64,000 nt of DNA from an uncultured cyanobacterium (lineage in GTDB: Bacteria > Cyanobacteriota > Cyanobacteriia > PCC-6307 > Cyanobiaceae): the NCBI GenBank assembly GCA_963697335.1, contig CAVONQ010000010.1, positions 75,596 through 139,595 on the forward strand, read 5' to 3'. Positions within the stretch are counted from its first letter, which is position 1; the number at the start of each line of letters is the position of its first letter. The position numbers were made by a program, and so were the translations under genes. The notes beneath the pieces were generated by a model that was given only the letters and a program-made list of their open reading frames with translations, searched no databases and was not told the DNA's origin. Positions 32,373 to 42,410 of this stretch are shown piece after piece.

Positions 32373-33800
32373 ATGGCGCCAGCAGCCAGAACGCCGGTGG
32401 CCCTACGGATCGTGTTGGTTCGCCACGGCCTCAGCAGCTTCAACGCCGAGCGGCGCATCCAGGGACGGGATGATCTCTCCACGCTCACGGCGGAGGGGCA
32501 CGAGCAGGCCCGCCGCGCCGGAGAGGCCCTGCGTGCCGTGGCCTTCAGCGCCGCCTACGCCTCGCCGTTGCGACGGGCCAGCGACACCGCCACCACCCTG
32601 CTTCAGGCCCATGGCCAGGGGCTGGAAGCGATCCATGATGACGATCTGGTCGAGATCGACCTCTCCCCCTGGAGCGGCGTCACCCGCGAGGAGCTGGGCC
32701 AGCGCTTTCCCGACGGGGAGCGGCTGTGGCGGGAGGCGCCCCACACGCTGACGCTGCAGCACGCCGATGGTCGCCACTATCAGCCGCTGCCTGAGCTGAT
32801 GCAGCAGGCCGATCGCTTCCTGGTGGGGTTGCTCCAGCGCCATGGTGCCGCAATCGACGCGGAGCCGCAGCCCTCGGTTGCCCAGGGCGCCCCAGCCGAT
32901 GCCAGCGTGCTTGTGGTGGCCCACAACGCCATTCTGCGCTGCCTGGTGCTGCGCCTGCTGGGGCTCGACGCCACGGATTTCCGGCGTCTGCGCATCGACA
33001 ACGGCTCGATCTCGGTGCTCAATCTCAGCCCCAACCCAGGCAGCGCCAACCCCGGCAAGTCGAATCCCAGGGCGGATGCGGCGGTTCAGCTGGAGTCGCT
33101 GAACGGAACCGCCCACCTCGGGGAGCCCCTGCCCAAGAAGGGATCGGGCCCCCGGGTGCTGCTGGTGCGCCACGGCGAAACCGACTGGAACCGCCAGGGA
33201 CGTTTCCAGGGAAAGATCGACATCCCCCTCAACGCCCATGGCCTGGCCCAGGCGGAGGCGGCTGGCGGCTTCCTGGGGCCGATCAGCATTCAGCGGGCCT
33301 ACAGCAGCGTCCTGTCGCGGCCCCGCCAGACCGCCGAGGCGATCCTGGCCTCCCACCCCGGTGTGCCACTCACCACCAGCAGGGGCCTGGTGGAGATCGG
33401 CCATGGGCTCTGGGAGGGACAGCTGGAGCACGAGATCCAGGCCGGCTGGCCAGAGCTCCTGGCCGACTGGAAGCGGGCGCCCCAGACGGTGCAGATGCCC
33501 GAGGGGGAAACGCTCCAGGAGGTGTGGGATCGCTCGCTGGCTGCCTGGGCTCGAATCGTGGCCAGCCTGGGCGCCGACGAGACGGCGCTGGTGGTGGCCC
33601 ATGACGCCGTCAACAAGACCATCCTCTGTGCCCTGCTGGGACTGACGCCGGCTGACATCTGGGCCATCAAGCAGGGCAACGGCGGCGTCACCGTGATCGA
33701 CTACCCCCACGGAGCCGACGGGCTGCCCATGGTGGCCGCCCTCAACCTCACCCCCCACCTCGGCGGGGTGCTCGACCGCACGGCTGCCGGGGCCCTCTAG
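32373..33800 (+). CDS. Two-domain histidine phosphatase (phosphoglycerate mutase family)
   Basis: Two RHG motifs (LVRHGLSSFN, LVRHGETDWN), SPLRRA, VAHNA and VAHDA. Confidence 0.9.
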   Translation: MAPAARTPVALRIVLVRHGLSSFNAERRIQGRDDLSTLTAEGHEQARRAGEALRAVAFSAAYASPLRRASDTATTLLQAHGQGLEAIHDDDLVEIDLSPWSGVTREELGQRFPDGERLWREAPHTLTLQHADGRHYQPLPELMQQADRFLVGLLQRHGAAIDAEPQPSVAQGAPADASVLVVAHNAILRCLVLRLLGLDATDFRRLRIDNGSISVLNLSPNPGSANPGKSNPRADAAVQLESLNGTAHLGEPLPKKGSGPRVLLVRHGETDWNRQGRFQGKIDIPLNAHGLAQAEAAGGFLGPISIQRAYSSVLSRPRQTAEAILASHPGVPLTTSRGLVEIGHGLWEGQLEHEIQAGWPELLADWKRAPQTVQMPEGETLQEVWDRSLAAWARIVASLGADETALVVAHDAVNKTILCALLGLTPADIWAIKQGNGGVTVIDYPHGADGLPMVAALNLTPHLGGVLDRTAAGAL

Positions 33801-33806
33801 GGCAGC

Positions 33807-35126
33807 GTGATGAAGGCGATCTGGCTGCATCAGGTCCAGCTGCTGCGCGGTCCGGGGGACGAACTGGAAGTAGGCGATGCCCTGCTAGGCGCCGACGGCC
33901 GCCTCGACGCCCTGGGGGTCGAGGCCAGCCGCCGTGCCGCTGCCTTGGGGCTCAGCCCCCTGCCCGCCGGGAGCTGTCTTCTGGCGCCGGTGCTGGTGGA
34001 TCCCCACTCGGTGCTGGACGATCCCTGGACCGGCCAGGCCGAGACCCTCGCCAGCCTGGCCGAGGCCGCCGCCAGGGGCGGTTACGGCACGGTGGCGCTG
34101 CTGCCCTGGGCGAGGCCATGGCGCGACCGGCCCGAGCGCCTCAACCTCAGCTGGCCGGCCCCGCTGCAACTGCTCCTCTGGGGCAGCTTCAGCCTTGACG
34201 GTGCCGACTCCGATCTGGCCCTGCACGCCCTCCAGGTCGCCGCCGGAGCCGTCGGCCTGGCGGGCGGCCCGGAGTGTCCTCCCCTGGCGCTGCTGGAGCG
34301 CGGCCTGCTGCTGGCCGAGGCGCCGCAGCAGCCCCTGCTGGTGGCGCCGCGTCAGGTGGCGCTCACCAGTGGCGGCTTCGTGCGTGAGGGGGTGGAGGCG
34401 CTACGGGCCGGCTGGCCCATCGACCCCCAGGTGAGCGAAACCCTGCCCCTCCAGGCCCTGCTCACCCTGGCGGCCATGACCAGCGGCCAGGTGCTCAACC
34501 TGATGAACCTCTCCACCGCAGCCGGTGTGGCAGCCCTGGAGCAGGCGCCCTGGCGCCCGCCAGCCACGGTGGCCTGGTGGCATCTGGTGGCCGATAGCGG
34601 CAGCCTCTCGCCCACGGCCGAGGGTTGGCGGCTGGAGCCCTCCCTTGGCACCCCCGGCGACCGGCAGGCCCTGATCGCCGGGCTCGCCGCCGGCACGCTC
34701 ACGGCCGTGGCGGTGCACCACCAGGCCCTCGATGCGGAGGAGCAGATGCTCCCCCTCGACCAGCGGCCTCCGGGAGTGGCCGGCCATGGTGGCCACCATG
34801 GACTGGTGTTGCCGGCCCTCTGGCACGAGCTGGTGCGCGGCCGCGGCTGGAGTGCGGCCCAGCTGTGGCAGGTGTTGAGCTGGGGGCCCTCAGCCCTGCT
34901 GCAGCAGCCGGCCGAGCGGCTGGTGGCCGGCAGTCGCCGCTGGCTGCTGTTTGACCCCCAGGCCCAGCAGGATGGCGCTGGGTCCGCCGGTGGCTCCCTT
35001 GCGGCGAACCAGCCCCTGGAGCCTCAGGCCTTGCCAGGAGCGGTGCGGGCTACGGGCCTCACGGCGCCGGAGCAGTGGTGGCTGAATCCGGCTGGGCCGG
35101 AGGCAGCAGCGTTCCCGCCTGGCTGA
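33807..35126 (+). CDS. Dihydroorotase-like protein, catalytic motifs degenerate (PyrC'-like)
   Basis: Amidohydrolase layout (LVDPHSV, AARGGYGTV, PSLGTPGDRQALI). Confidence 0.78.
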   Translation: MMKAIWLHQVQLLRGPGDELEVGDALLGADGRLDALGVEASRRAAALGLSPLPAGSCLLAPVLVDPHSVLDDPWTGQAETLASLAEAAARGGYGTVALLPWARPWRDRPERLNLSWPAPLQLLLWGSFSLDGADSDLALHALQVAAGAVGLAGGPECPPLALLERGLLLAEAPQQPLLVAPRQVALTSGGFVREGVEALRAGWPIDPQVSETLPLQALLTLAAMTSGQVLNLMNLSTAAGVAALEQAPWRPPATVAWWHLVADSGSLSPTAEGWRLEPSLGTPGDRQALIAGLAAGTLTAVAVHHQALDAEEQMLPLDQRPPGVAGHGGHHGLVLPALWHELVRGRGWSAAQLWQVLSWGPSALLQQPAERLVAGSRRWLLFDPQAQQDGAGSAGGSLAANQPLEPQALPGAVRATGLTAPEQWWLNPAGPEAAAFPPG

Positions 35127-35835
35127 AGGGGAAGAAGCGCCAGAAGGCCCGGCCGATGATCTCGCTGGTCGGCAGGAAGGCTCCGCCTGGCCAGAAGCGT
35201 CCGTCCCAGCTGTTGGCCCGATTGTCCCCCAGGGTGAGCACGTGGCCCGGGGGCACCTGGGCCTTCAGGGTGCGGCAGGGGCCCATGCCCCGGTCATCCA
35301 CGGGGCAGTAGTTCTCCACGTAGGGCTCGGCGAGCTTCTGGCCGTCGATGAACACCTCGCCCCTGGGGTTGACAGCCACCTCCTCCCCCGGCAAGGCCAC
35401 CACCCGCTTGATGTAGGCATCGCAGGCCGGATCGCTCACCCCCGGCAGAGAACCCAGAAACGGGATGTTGACCACCAGGCAGCTCAGCGGATTGCGCTCG
35501 CCGGCGCCGGCCAGCACCGGATCGAAGCTGTAGGGAGAGCGGAACACGACGATCTCACCGCGCTGGGGCGCCTGGCGGCGATAGGTGAGCTTCTCCACCA
35601 GCAGCCGGTCCTGCAGCTGCAACCCGGGCAGCATCGAACCCGAGGGGATGTAGCGGGCCTCCACCAGGAACTGGCGGATGCCCAGGGCCACAGCCAGGGT
35701 GAGCACCACGCTGCGCCAGAACACCCAGGGACTCTCCGTCTGATGCACCGGGGTGCGCCTGGGGCGCTCTGCCGGATCCTCCGCCTCGACAGGCCTGTTC
35801 TGCTCGCTCAACTCCTGAACTCTCCGCGACGGCAT
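35059..35835 (-). CDS. lepB: Signal peptidase I
   Basis: IPSGSMLPGL, YIKRVVALPGE, LGDNRANSWDGR. Confidence 0.94.
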   Translation of the reverse strand: MPSRRVQELSEQNRPVEAEDPAERPRRTPVHQTESPWVFWRSVVLTLAVALGIRQFLVEARYIPSGSMLPGLQLQDRLLVEKLTYRRQAPQRGEIVVFRSPYSFDPVLAGAGERNPLSCLVVNIPFLGSLPGVSDPACDAYIKRVVALPGEEVAVNPRGEVFIDGQKLAEPYVENYCPVDDRGMGPCRTLKAQVPPGHVLTLGDNRANSWDGRFWPGGAFLPTSEIIGRAFWRFFPFSQAGTLLPPAQPDSATTAPAP

Positions 35836-35883
35836 GACGCCTCGTCGGGGCAGATTAGGCACGCCTTACCCCGTTCCCTGCCG

Positions 35884-37397
35884 ATGGCCCGTCCCCGCTG
35901 GCAGCGATCCCGCCCGGTTCCAGCCGGCCTGGGGGCCATGGCCTGGGATCGGTTCGTGGCGATCTGGGCTGCGCTGAACCTGTTCTGGGTGGCCTTCGAC
36001 ATCACCTATGTGCCGCTGCGAACCTTCTGGTTGCAGCGCAACCTCTACCCGATTCCCTCGGTGCCCCTGGCGGTGCCCCTCACCTTCATCCCGGACGTCA
36101 CCCCCTGGGTGGATCCGATCAAGGGGATTGAGCCCCATCGGGAAACCAGCACCTTCTTGAAGCAGTTCCGGGAGCTGGAGGAGGTGATGGACCAGCCCAC
36201 CGCCGACCCCGCCCTCAAGGCGAGCCTGCTGCAGCGTCAGGCGGGCCTGATGGCCCAGATGATCGACAGCAACCCCTTCCTGGCCTCCGATCGCGCCGGC
36301 ACCCTGGAGAAGATCAAGAACCGGCTGCGCCAGCGAGCCGACCGCGACTCCTCCAAGGACTCCGCCAAGCTGTTGCTGAGCCCCGAGTGGCTGGTCACCA
36401 ACCCCTGGCCTGGCGAGCGGCGCTTCTGGGCCGCCCAGGTGCTGCCCCTGGTGGAGACCAACTACTGGCGATCGATCGACGAGAACGGCCGGCCCACCGA
36501 TCACTTCTGGCGCATCGACCTGCTGTTGTTCCAGAGCGTGTTCCTGCTGGACATCCTGCAGCGGCTGATCCGGATCAAGCGGCGGCTGCCTGGCCTGGCC
36601 TGGCACGAGGTGCTGTTGCGCCGCTGGACCGACCTGCCCCTGCTGCTGCCCTTCTGGCGCTGGTTGCGCATCGTGCCCGTGGGGGAGCGGCTGCAGACCT
36701 CGGGGCTGGTGAATCTGGAGCCCCTGCGGGCCGTGGTGAGCCGGGGCGTGGTGGCCCTGCTGGCGGTGGAGCTGTTCGAGGTGCTGGCCCTGCAGCTGCT
36801 GGATGGGCTCCAGGGCCTGATTCGCTCGCGCCAGTGGCCGCAGCGCATCCGCAGCCTGCGCAGCCACCAGAGCGTGGCCAGCAGCCGCGACGAGCGGGAG
36901 CTGGCCGAGCTGGTGCGGATCTGGGCGCCCCTGCTGCTCAGCCAGGTGGCCCCGCGCCTGGCTCCGGAGCTCCAGGGGGTGCTGAGTTACAGCCTGCGCC
37001 AGAGCCTGGATCGCACGGTGGTGCCGCCGCCGCTGCGCCAGCTCCAGCCCCTGATGCAGATGGAGAGCGGCCTCAGCCGCCAGCTGGCCAACGGCATGGT
37101 GGAAAGCCTGCTGGAGCTCTCCCGCAATGCAGGCAGCAGCCTGTCGCGGCGGGATGACGCCCAGCTGGAGCTGTTGCAGCGCTTTGTGGACCGCTTCTGG
37201 GAGGAGCTGGCCCTGGCCCTGGAGAGCGGGCCGGCCCTGGAGCGCTCCCAGCGCCTGCTCTGTGCCCTGCTGGAGCAGCTCAAGGGGTCTTACCTCACCC
37301 AGATCAATCGCGCCGGCATCGAGTCGCTGCTGCGGGAGCTGGATGCCCTCACGGTGCCGCCCCCCCTCCAGCAGGGTCTGCCACTCCTCGGGCTTGA
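35884..37397 (+). CDS. Hypothetical membrane protein; apparent frameshift at the 3' end
   Basis: TM segments (WDRFVAIWAALNLFWVAFD, FWRIDLLLFQSVFLLD). As sequenced it reads to 37749; one extra C at 37360-66 gives a stop at 37395-97. Confidence 0.7.
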
Positions 37398-37707
37398 AGC
37401 CGATCAGCAGGCGGCCGTCGTCGGTGATCAGCAGGGGGCGCTTGATCAGCCGGCCATCGGCGGCCAGGGCCTCGATGGCCTCGCTGTCGTCCATGGCCTT
37501 CACCGCCGCAGCCCCCAGGGCCCGGTAGCTCTGGCCGCTGGTGTTGAACAGGCGAGCCCGGCCCAGCTGCTCGAAGGCCTGCTCCAGCAGGGGGCGGCTG
37601 GGGGGCGTGAGCGTGATGTCGATCAACTCCACACCCAGGTCGTGCTGCCTGAGCCAGGCGATGGCTCGGCGGCAAGTGCTGCAGCCGGCATAGCTGTAGA
37701 GCTTCAT
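37349..37707 (-). CDS. ArsC/Spx-MgsR family protein; apparent frameshift at the 3' end
   Basis: MKLYSYAGCSTCRRA, LFNTSGQSYR, LIKRP, IGF. As sequenced there is no stop until 35866; one extra base gives a stop at 37349. Confidence 0.85.
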
Positions 37708-37726
37708 GGCCTGGCTCGCCCGATCT

Positions 37727-38086
37727 TCAGCGGCCCACCAGGGCTTTGAGGGCGCCCACGAGGCTGTTGGTGCCCTTGCCCACGCCATCGGCGGGCCGGG
37801 TGCGCACCTTCACGTCGCCATTGACGCTGGTGCGGCAGCTGAGGCGGTAGTTGGCGGGGCGGTCAGCCAGATAGACCTCCTCGACATCGCTGCGGGGGGA
37901 GAGGTTCTGCAGGCCCTCAAGCACCTCCATCACACAGGTGCCGCACTGACCGATGCCGCCGCAATTGTTGACATTGTTGAACCCCTTGTAGGGGTTGATG
38001 CCGGCGTCGAGAGCCGCTTTGCGGAGGTTGGCCCCCTCGATGCAACCGACCTGCTGGCCTTCCTGTTCAAATCGGATGGTGGGCAC
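37727..38086 (-). CDS. 2Fe-2S ferredoxin
   Basis: NCGGIGQCGTC ... RLSC. Confidence 0.9.
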   Translation of the reverse strand: MPTIRFEQEGQQVGCIEGANLRKAALDAGINPYKGFNNVNNCGGIGQCGTCVMEVLEGLQNLSPRSDVEEVYLADRPANYRLSCRTSVNGDVKVRTRPADGVGKGTNSLVGALKALVGR

Positions 38087-38169
38087 GGCCGATCAAGGGT
38101 GAAACGCGCCTGCCAACCTAAGGCCGCCGGGTACCCACTGCCTAGCATCGATGCACTTGTTGCGCGTTC

Positions 38170-38844
38170 TTGGCTGTTCCCCAGGCTGACGACCTCACCG
38201 CCCAGCAGCTGATCCCGGGCTACGCAAGCCTGGCTCGCCTCTCGGTGGCCCTGCTTGCCGCATCCGCCCGGGCCGGCCTCGAAGGTGCTTCGGTGCTGGT
38301 GGCGGGCTGCGGCACCGGCGCCGAACTTGTCGAGGCCCGGGCCCAGCGCCCTGACTGGCAAATCACGGCTCTGGACCCCTCTGCCGCCATGCTGGCCGAG
38401 GCCCGCCAGCGGCTGGGCAGCGAGGGCATCGACTGGCGCCAGGCCCGGGTCGAAGACCTGGAGACCAGGGGCTGCTTTGCCGGCGCCCTCTCGGTGCTGG
38501 TGCTCCAGTCGCTGCCCGACGACGGCACCAAGCTGGCCTTCCTCACCGCCCTGGCCCGCAGTCTCGAGCCCGGCGGCCAGTTGGTGCTCGTCGACCTGAT
38601 GGCCCCCGAGCGCTCACCGTTGCAGGCCCAGGTGCAGCAGGCCTGGCTGGGGTTCCAGCGCGCCAGCGGCCTCGAGGCTCTGGCGGGCAGCGCCGACGGC
38701 GAGCTGACGGCCCTCACCCACGGCCTGCACCCGATCGGTGTGGCCAGGCTCACGGCCCTGGTCAATGCCGCCGGCTTCAGCGATCCGGCCAGGGTGTTCC
38801 AGGCCCTGGGTTACGAGGGCTTCCTGCTGCAGCGCGCCAGCTAA
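38170..38844 (+). CDS. Class I SAM-dependent methyltransferase
   Basis: VLVAGCGTG, ALDPSAAML, LEPGGQLVLVD. Confidence 0.82.
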   Translation: MAVPQADDLTAQQLIPGYASLARLSVALLAASARAGLEGASVLVAGCGTGAELVEARAQRPDWQITALDPSAAMLAEARQRLGSEGIDWRQARVEDLETRGCFAGALSVLVLQSLPDDGTKLAFLTALARSLEPGGQLVLVDLMAPERSPLQAQVQQAWLGFQRASGLEALAGSADGELTALTHGLHPIGVARLTALVNAAGFSDPARVFQALGYEGFLLQRAS

Positions 38845-39374
38845 CTGCTGGGGATGGGCTGGCTCTCGAGTGCTGCCCGGGTGCAGTGCTCCAGCAGGGC
38901 AGGCACCGCCTCAGGCTCGAGCCAACCCTGGATCACGGTCATCCGCCCCTCCATGTTCTTGTAGGTGCGGAAGAACTCGGCCACTTCTTCCAGGGTGTCG
39001 GGGGCGATCTGGCGAATGGAGTGGATGTGCCGCTGGCGGAATCCCACCTCCGGCACACACAGCAGCTTGCCGTCGTGGCAGCCCTCATCCACCATGTCCA
39101 GGATCCCGATCGGCCGGGCCCGGATCAGGCAGCCCGCGAAGGTGGGCTCCTCCATGATCACCATGGCGTCCAGGGGAGCCCCGTCGTCGGCGAGGGTGTT
39201 GGGGATGAAGCCGTAGTCGAAGGGGTAGCGCACGGAGGAGTGCAGCACCCGATCGAGGGCCATCACGCCGGCGACCCTGTTGTACTCGTACTTGTTACGG
39301 CTGCCGGCGGGGATCTCCACCACCAGGTTCACCAGCCCTGGCGCTGGGGATGCCGGCAGGTGGCTCAGATCCAT
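38841..39374 (-). CDS. ppa: Inorganic pyrophosphatase (family I)
   Basis: EIPAGSRNKYE, LDR, YPFDYGFIP, DGAPLD, FFRTYK. Confidence 0.92.
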   Translation of the reverse strand: MDLSHLPASPAPGLVNLVVEIPAGSRNKYEYNRVAGVMALDRVLHSSVRYPFDYGFIPNTLADDGAPLDAMVIMEEPTFAGCLIRARPIGILDMVDEGCHDGKLLCVPEVGFRQRHIHSIRQIAPDTLEEVAEFFRTYKNMEGRMTVIQGWLEPEAVPALLEHCTRAALESQPIPSS

Positions 39375-39624
39375 AGAACACGTAGGGGCCCGGGGGGCTG
39401 GGACGGCCTGCCACCACGGTGGCCAGGGGGACGATGGCGGTGAGCAGGGCGATGGCCGCTCCGATCAGAAAGGCGAGGGGTTCTCCCCCCGGACTGTGGG
39501 GGTCATCGCTGGAGTCAGGGAGGGCCGCCGCTGGGGGGCTCGCGTCACTGGAAGCCCTGGTGGACGCTGGGGCCGATTCAGAGGGCCTGTGGCTGGAGGT
39601 GTTGGAAGTCATGGGGACGGTCAA
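39295..39624 (-). CDS. Hypothetical single-TM protein
   Basis: Hydrophobic LAFLIGAAIALLTAIVPLATVV; 3' end overlaps ppa. Confidence 0.5.
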   Translation of the reverse strand: MTVPMTSNTSSHRPSESAPASTRASSDASPPAAALPDSSDDPHSPGGEPLAFLIGAAIALLTAIVPLATVVAGRPSPPGPYVFYGSEPPAGIPSARAGEPGGGDPRRQP

Positions 39625-39778
39625 GGCCCCATCGCTCCGGCTGAAACGACGTTGTGATCAGCTGGAGGGACGGAGCCCGAGGAGACCGGACGGACAGAAA
39701 AAGGAAGTACCAGTGACAGTCTGGCACCCCCTAGGTGGCGGAGGGTGGGTTCCAGGCAAGCTTCAGCTGCCGCTGGCC

Positions 39779-40351
39779 TCAGGCCGCTGGCCTCGACTGG
39801 TTGTCGAGGCGTGAGGAGAGTTCACTCGGGGCCACCGCCATGGGTGCAGTGGGGCCCACCCGGGCCAGTTCGGTGCGGATGGCGCGCAGTTCATCGAGGA
39901 TGGAGCTGAGCAGCTGATGGGTGGCGGTGGAAGGGGCGTTGAGCACTTCCACGGTCACCTCCTTGATCCGCAGCACGTCTCTGGCGAAGCGGGCCACCTC
40001 ATGGGGATGGAACAGGAGTGGATCCTTCTGATCGCTGCGGTATTCCGGATTGAGGCGCCGAGGGTTGAAGGGGGGATTGAGGTTGCGGGGGTCGGTGTTG
40101 GTGTAGCGATACACCGAAGCCCTCGATCGACTCAGCACCTTCTGCACCTCATCGATGCTGACCAGGGCATCGGGATGACCAGCGTCCGCCGCGGCTGGGA
40201 TGTCCGTCCGGCCATCCTCAGGACCACGCCCATCACGAAGGGGCGCGTAGGGCTGGGGCGAGGGCGTTGCCGGGGCTGGGGCGGCAGCTGAGGTGGGACC
40301 GGGTCCCCCGCCAGCGCCCAGGGACCTGGCGTCACCCGCAGGGGAACGCAT
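39779..40351 (-). CDS. HTH (AlpA/excisionase-like) domain protein
   Basis: LVSIDEVQKVLSRSRASVYRY; start 40351 or 40384. Confidence 0.7.
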   Translation of the reverse strand: MRSPAGDARSLGAGGGPGPTSAAAPAPATPSPQPYAPLRDGRGPEDGRTDIPAAADAGHPDALVSIDEVQKVLSRSRASVYRYTNTDPRNLNPPFNPRRLNPEYRSDQKDPLLFHPHEVARFARDVLRIKEVTVEVLNAPSTATHQLLSSILDELRAIRTELARVGPTAPMAVAPSELSSRLDNQSRPAA

Positions 40352-40506
40352 GAGTCTCAGATGAGATGATTTGGATTGCCCCAAAAAACTAGCAGAGTCC
40401 CTGACCGGCAGCTGTGACAGCCGTTACGGCCGCCTGCGTGCCCGGTGCTGCGGCCGCCCTCAGGGGTCAGCGGTGGTAGCTTCCGGCCTCCTCGGAACCC
40501 TCTGCC

Positions 40507-42351
40507 ATGCGCGTCTCCCGCCTGATGCTGGTGACGCTCAGGGACGATCCCGCCGAGGCCGAGATTCCATCCCACAAGCTGCTGCTGCGGGCTGGCTACA
40601 TCCGCCGGCTGGGCAGCGGCATCTATGCCTACCTGCCCTTGCTCTGGCGAGTGCTGCAGAAGGTGTCGGCGATCGTGCGCCAGGAGATGGAGGCCAGCGG
40701 GGCTCTGGAAACACTGCTGCCCCAGCTGCAGCCGGCCGAGCTCTGGCAGCGCAGTGGCCGCTGGAGCGGCTACACCGACGGTGAAGGGATCATGTTCCAC
40801 CTGGAGGATCGCCAGGGGCGCGAACTCGGCCTCGGCCCCACCCACGAGGAGGTGGTGACGGCCCTGGCCGCCGATCTGCTGCGCTCCTACCGCCAGCTGC
40901 CGGTGCATCTTTACCAGATCCAGACCAAGTTCCGCGATGAAATCCGGCCCCGCTTCGGGCTGATGCGGGGGCGGGAGTTCATCATGAAAGACGGCTATTC
41001 CTTCCACGCCGATGAGGCCTGCCTGCGCCGCACCTACGCCGCCATGGATCAGGCCTACAGCCGTATCTTTCGCCGCTGTGGCCTGCGGGCCGTGGCCGTG
41101 GAGGCCGACAGCGGTGCCATCGGCGGCTCCGCCAGCCAGGAGTTCATGGTCACCGCCGAAACCGGCGAGGACCTGATCCTCAGCAGCCCGGATGGCCGCT
41201 ACGCCGCCAACCAGGAGCGCGCCACCGCGCTTGCCCCCGAGGCCCCGCCCCTGGCTGGTGGTCGCCGCCAGGCCGGTGCCGGAGAGCTGCTGAGCACCCC
41301 GGGCCAGGGCACGATCGAGGCCCTGGGCCAGGCCCATGACTTCGCCGCCAGCCAGATCCTCAAGGTGCTGCTGCTGCTGGCCCGCTTCGACGACGGGGCC
41401 GAGCTGCCCCTGCTGGTGAGCCTGAGGGGCGACCAGCAGCTCAACAGCGTGAAGCTGGCCAATGCGGTGACAGCCCGCTGTTCCCCCAGCCACGGCACCC
41501 TCCTGGAGATCACCCCGCTCAGCGAGGAGGCCGTGGCCAGGCAGGGGCTGGCCCCGCTCCCCTTCGGCTACCTGGGGCCCGATCTGGCCGACGCCTGCCT
41601 CAAGGACGCCCGCCGCTGGACACCGGCCTTCCTGCGCCTGGCGGATGCCACCGCCGCAGAGCTGGACAGCTTTGTGTGCGGCGCGAACCAGCTGGATCAC
41701 CACCTGGTGGGAGCGGCCTGGGGGGCGCTCTGCCCGAGGCCCGAGGCCCTCGATCTGCGGGCCGCCCAGCCCGGCGACCGCTGCCTGCATGATCCGGCCC
41801 AGCGCCTGGAGGCCAGCCGCGGCATTGAGGTGGGCCACATCTTTCAGCTGGGCCGCCGCTATTCCACGGCCCTGGGGGCCACCGTCAGCACCGAATCCGG
41901 CAGTGAGGAGGCCCTGTGGATGGGCTGCTACGGCATCGGCGTCTCGCGCCTGGCCCAGGCGGCGGTGGAGCAGCACCATGACGCCAGCGGCATCTGCTGG
42001 CCCACGGCGATCGCGCCGTTCGAGGTGATCGTGGTGGTGGCCAACACGGCTGAGCCGCTGCAGCTGGCCCTGGGGGAGCAGCTCTACGCCGAGCTCACAG
42101 CGGCGGGGGTGGAGACCCTGCTCGACGACCGCAGCGAGCGGGCCGGGGTGAAGTTCAAGGACGCCGACCTGATCGGCATTCCCTGGAGGGTCGTGGTGGG
42201 GCGGGGTGCGGCCGCCGGCCAGGTGGAACTGGTGCAGCGGGCCGGCAGCCAGCGCACCGACCTGGCGGCCGACGGGCTGCTTGATCGGCTGCTTCCGCGC
42301 CTGGTGGCCGAGCGCAGCGGCCTGCCCGAGCTCCAGGCGCAGCCAGGCTGA
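40507..42351 (+). CDS. proS: Proline--tRNA ligase
   Basis: SHKLLLRAGYIR, GPTHEE, KFRDEIRPRFGLMRGREFIMKD, GIEVGHIFQLG, MGCYGIG. Confidence 0.98.
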   Translation: MRVSRLMLVTLRDDPAEAEIPSHKLLLRAGYIRRLGSGIYAYLPLLWRVLQKVSAIVRQEMEASGALETLLPQLQPAELWQRSGRWSGYTDGEGIMFHLEDRQGRELGLGPTHEEVVTALAADLLRSYRQLPVHLYQIQTKFRDEIRPRFGLMRGREFIMKDGYSFHADEACLRRTYAAMDQAYSRIFRRCGLRAVAVEADSGAIGGSASQEFMVTAETGEDLILSSPDGRYAANQERATALAPEAPPLAGGRRQAGAGELLSTPGQGTIEALGQAHDFAASQILKVLLLLARFDDGAELPLLVSLRGDQQLNSVKLANAVTARCSPSHGTLLEITPLSEEAVARQGLAPLPFGYLGPDLADACLKDARRWTPAFLRLADATAAELDSFVCGANQLDHHLVGAAWGALCPRPEALDLRAAQPGDRCLHDPAQRLEASRGIEVGHIFQLGRRYSTALGATVSTESGSEEALWMGCYGIGVSRLAQAAVEQHHDASGICWPTAIAPFEVIVVVANTAEPLQLALGEQLYAELTAAGVETLLDDRSERAGVKFKDADLIGIPWRVVVGRGAAAGQVELVQRAGSQRTDLAADGLLDRLLPRLVAERSGLPELQAQPG

Positions 42352-42410
42352 TCGGTCTGGCCAGGGGCGAAAGGCGTGGTCCGTAAGATCGTCCAATCCG
42401 CACCCACGCC

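Noticed and set aside
35866..37788. 640-aa ArsC fusion protein
   Set aside because: Read-through caused by the C7 indel; the extension is the antisense of the neighbouring gene.
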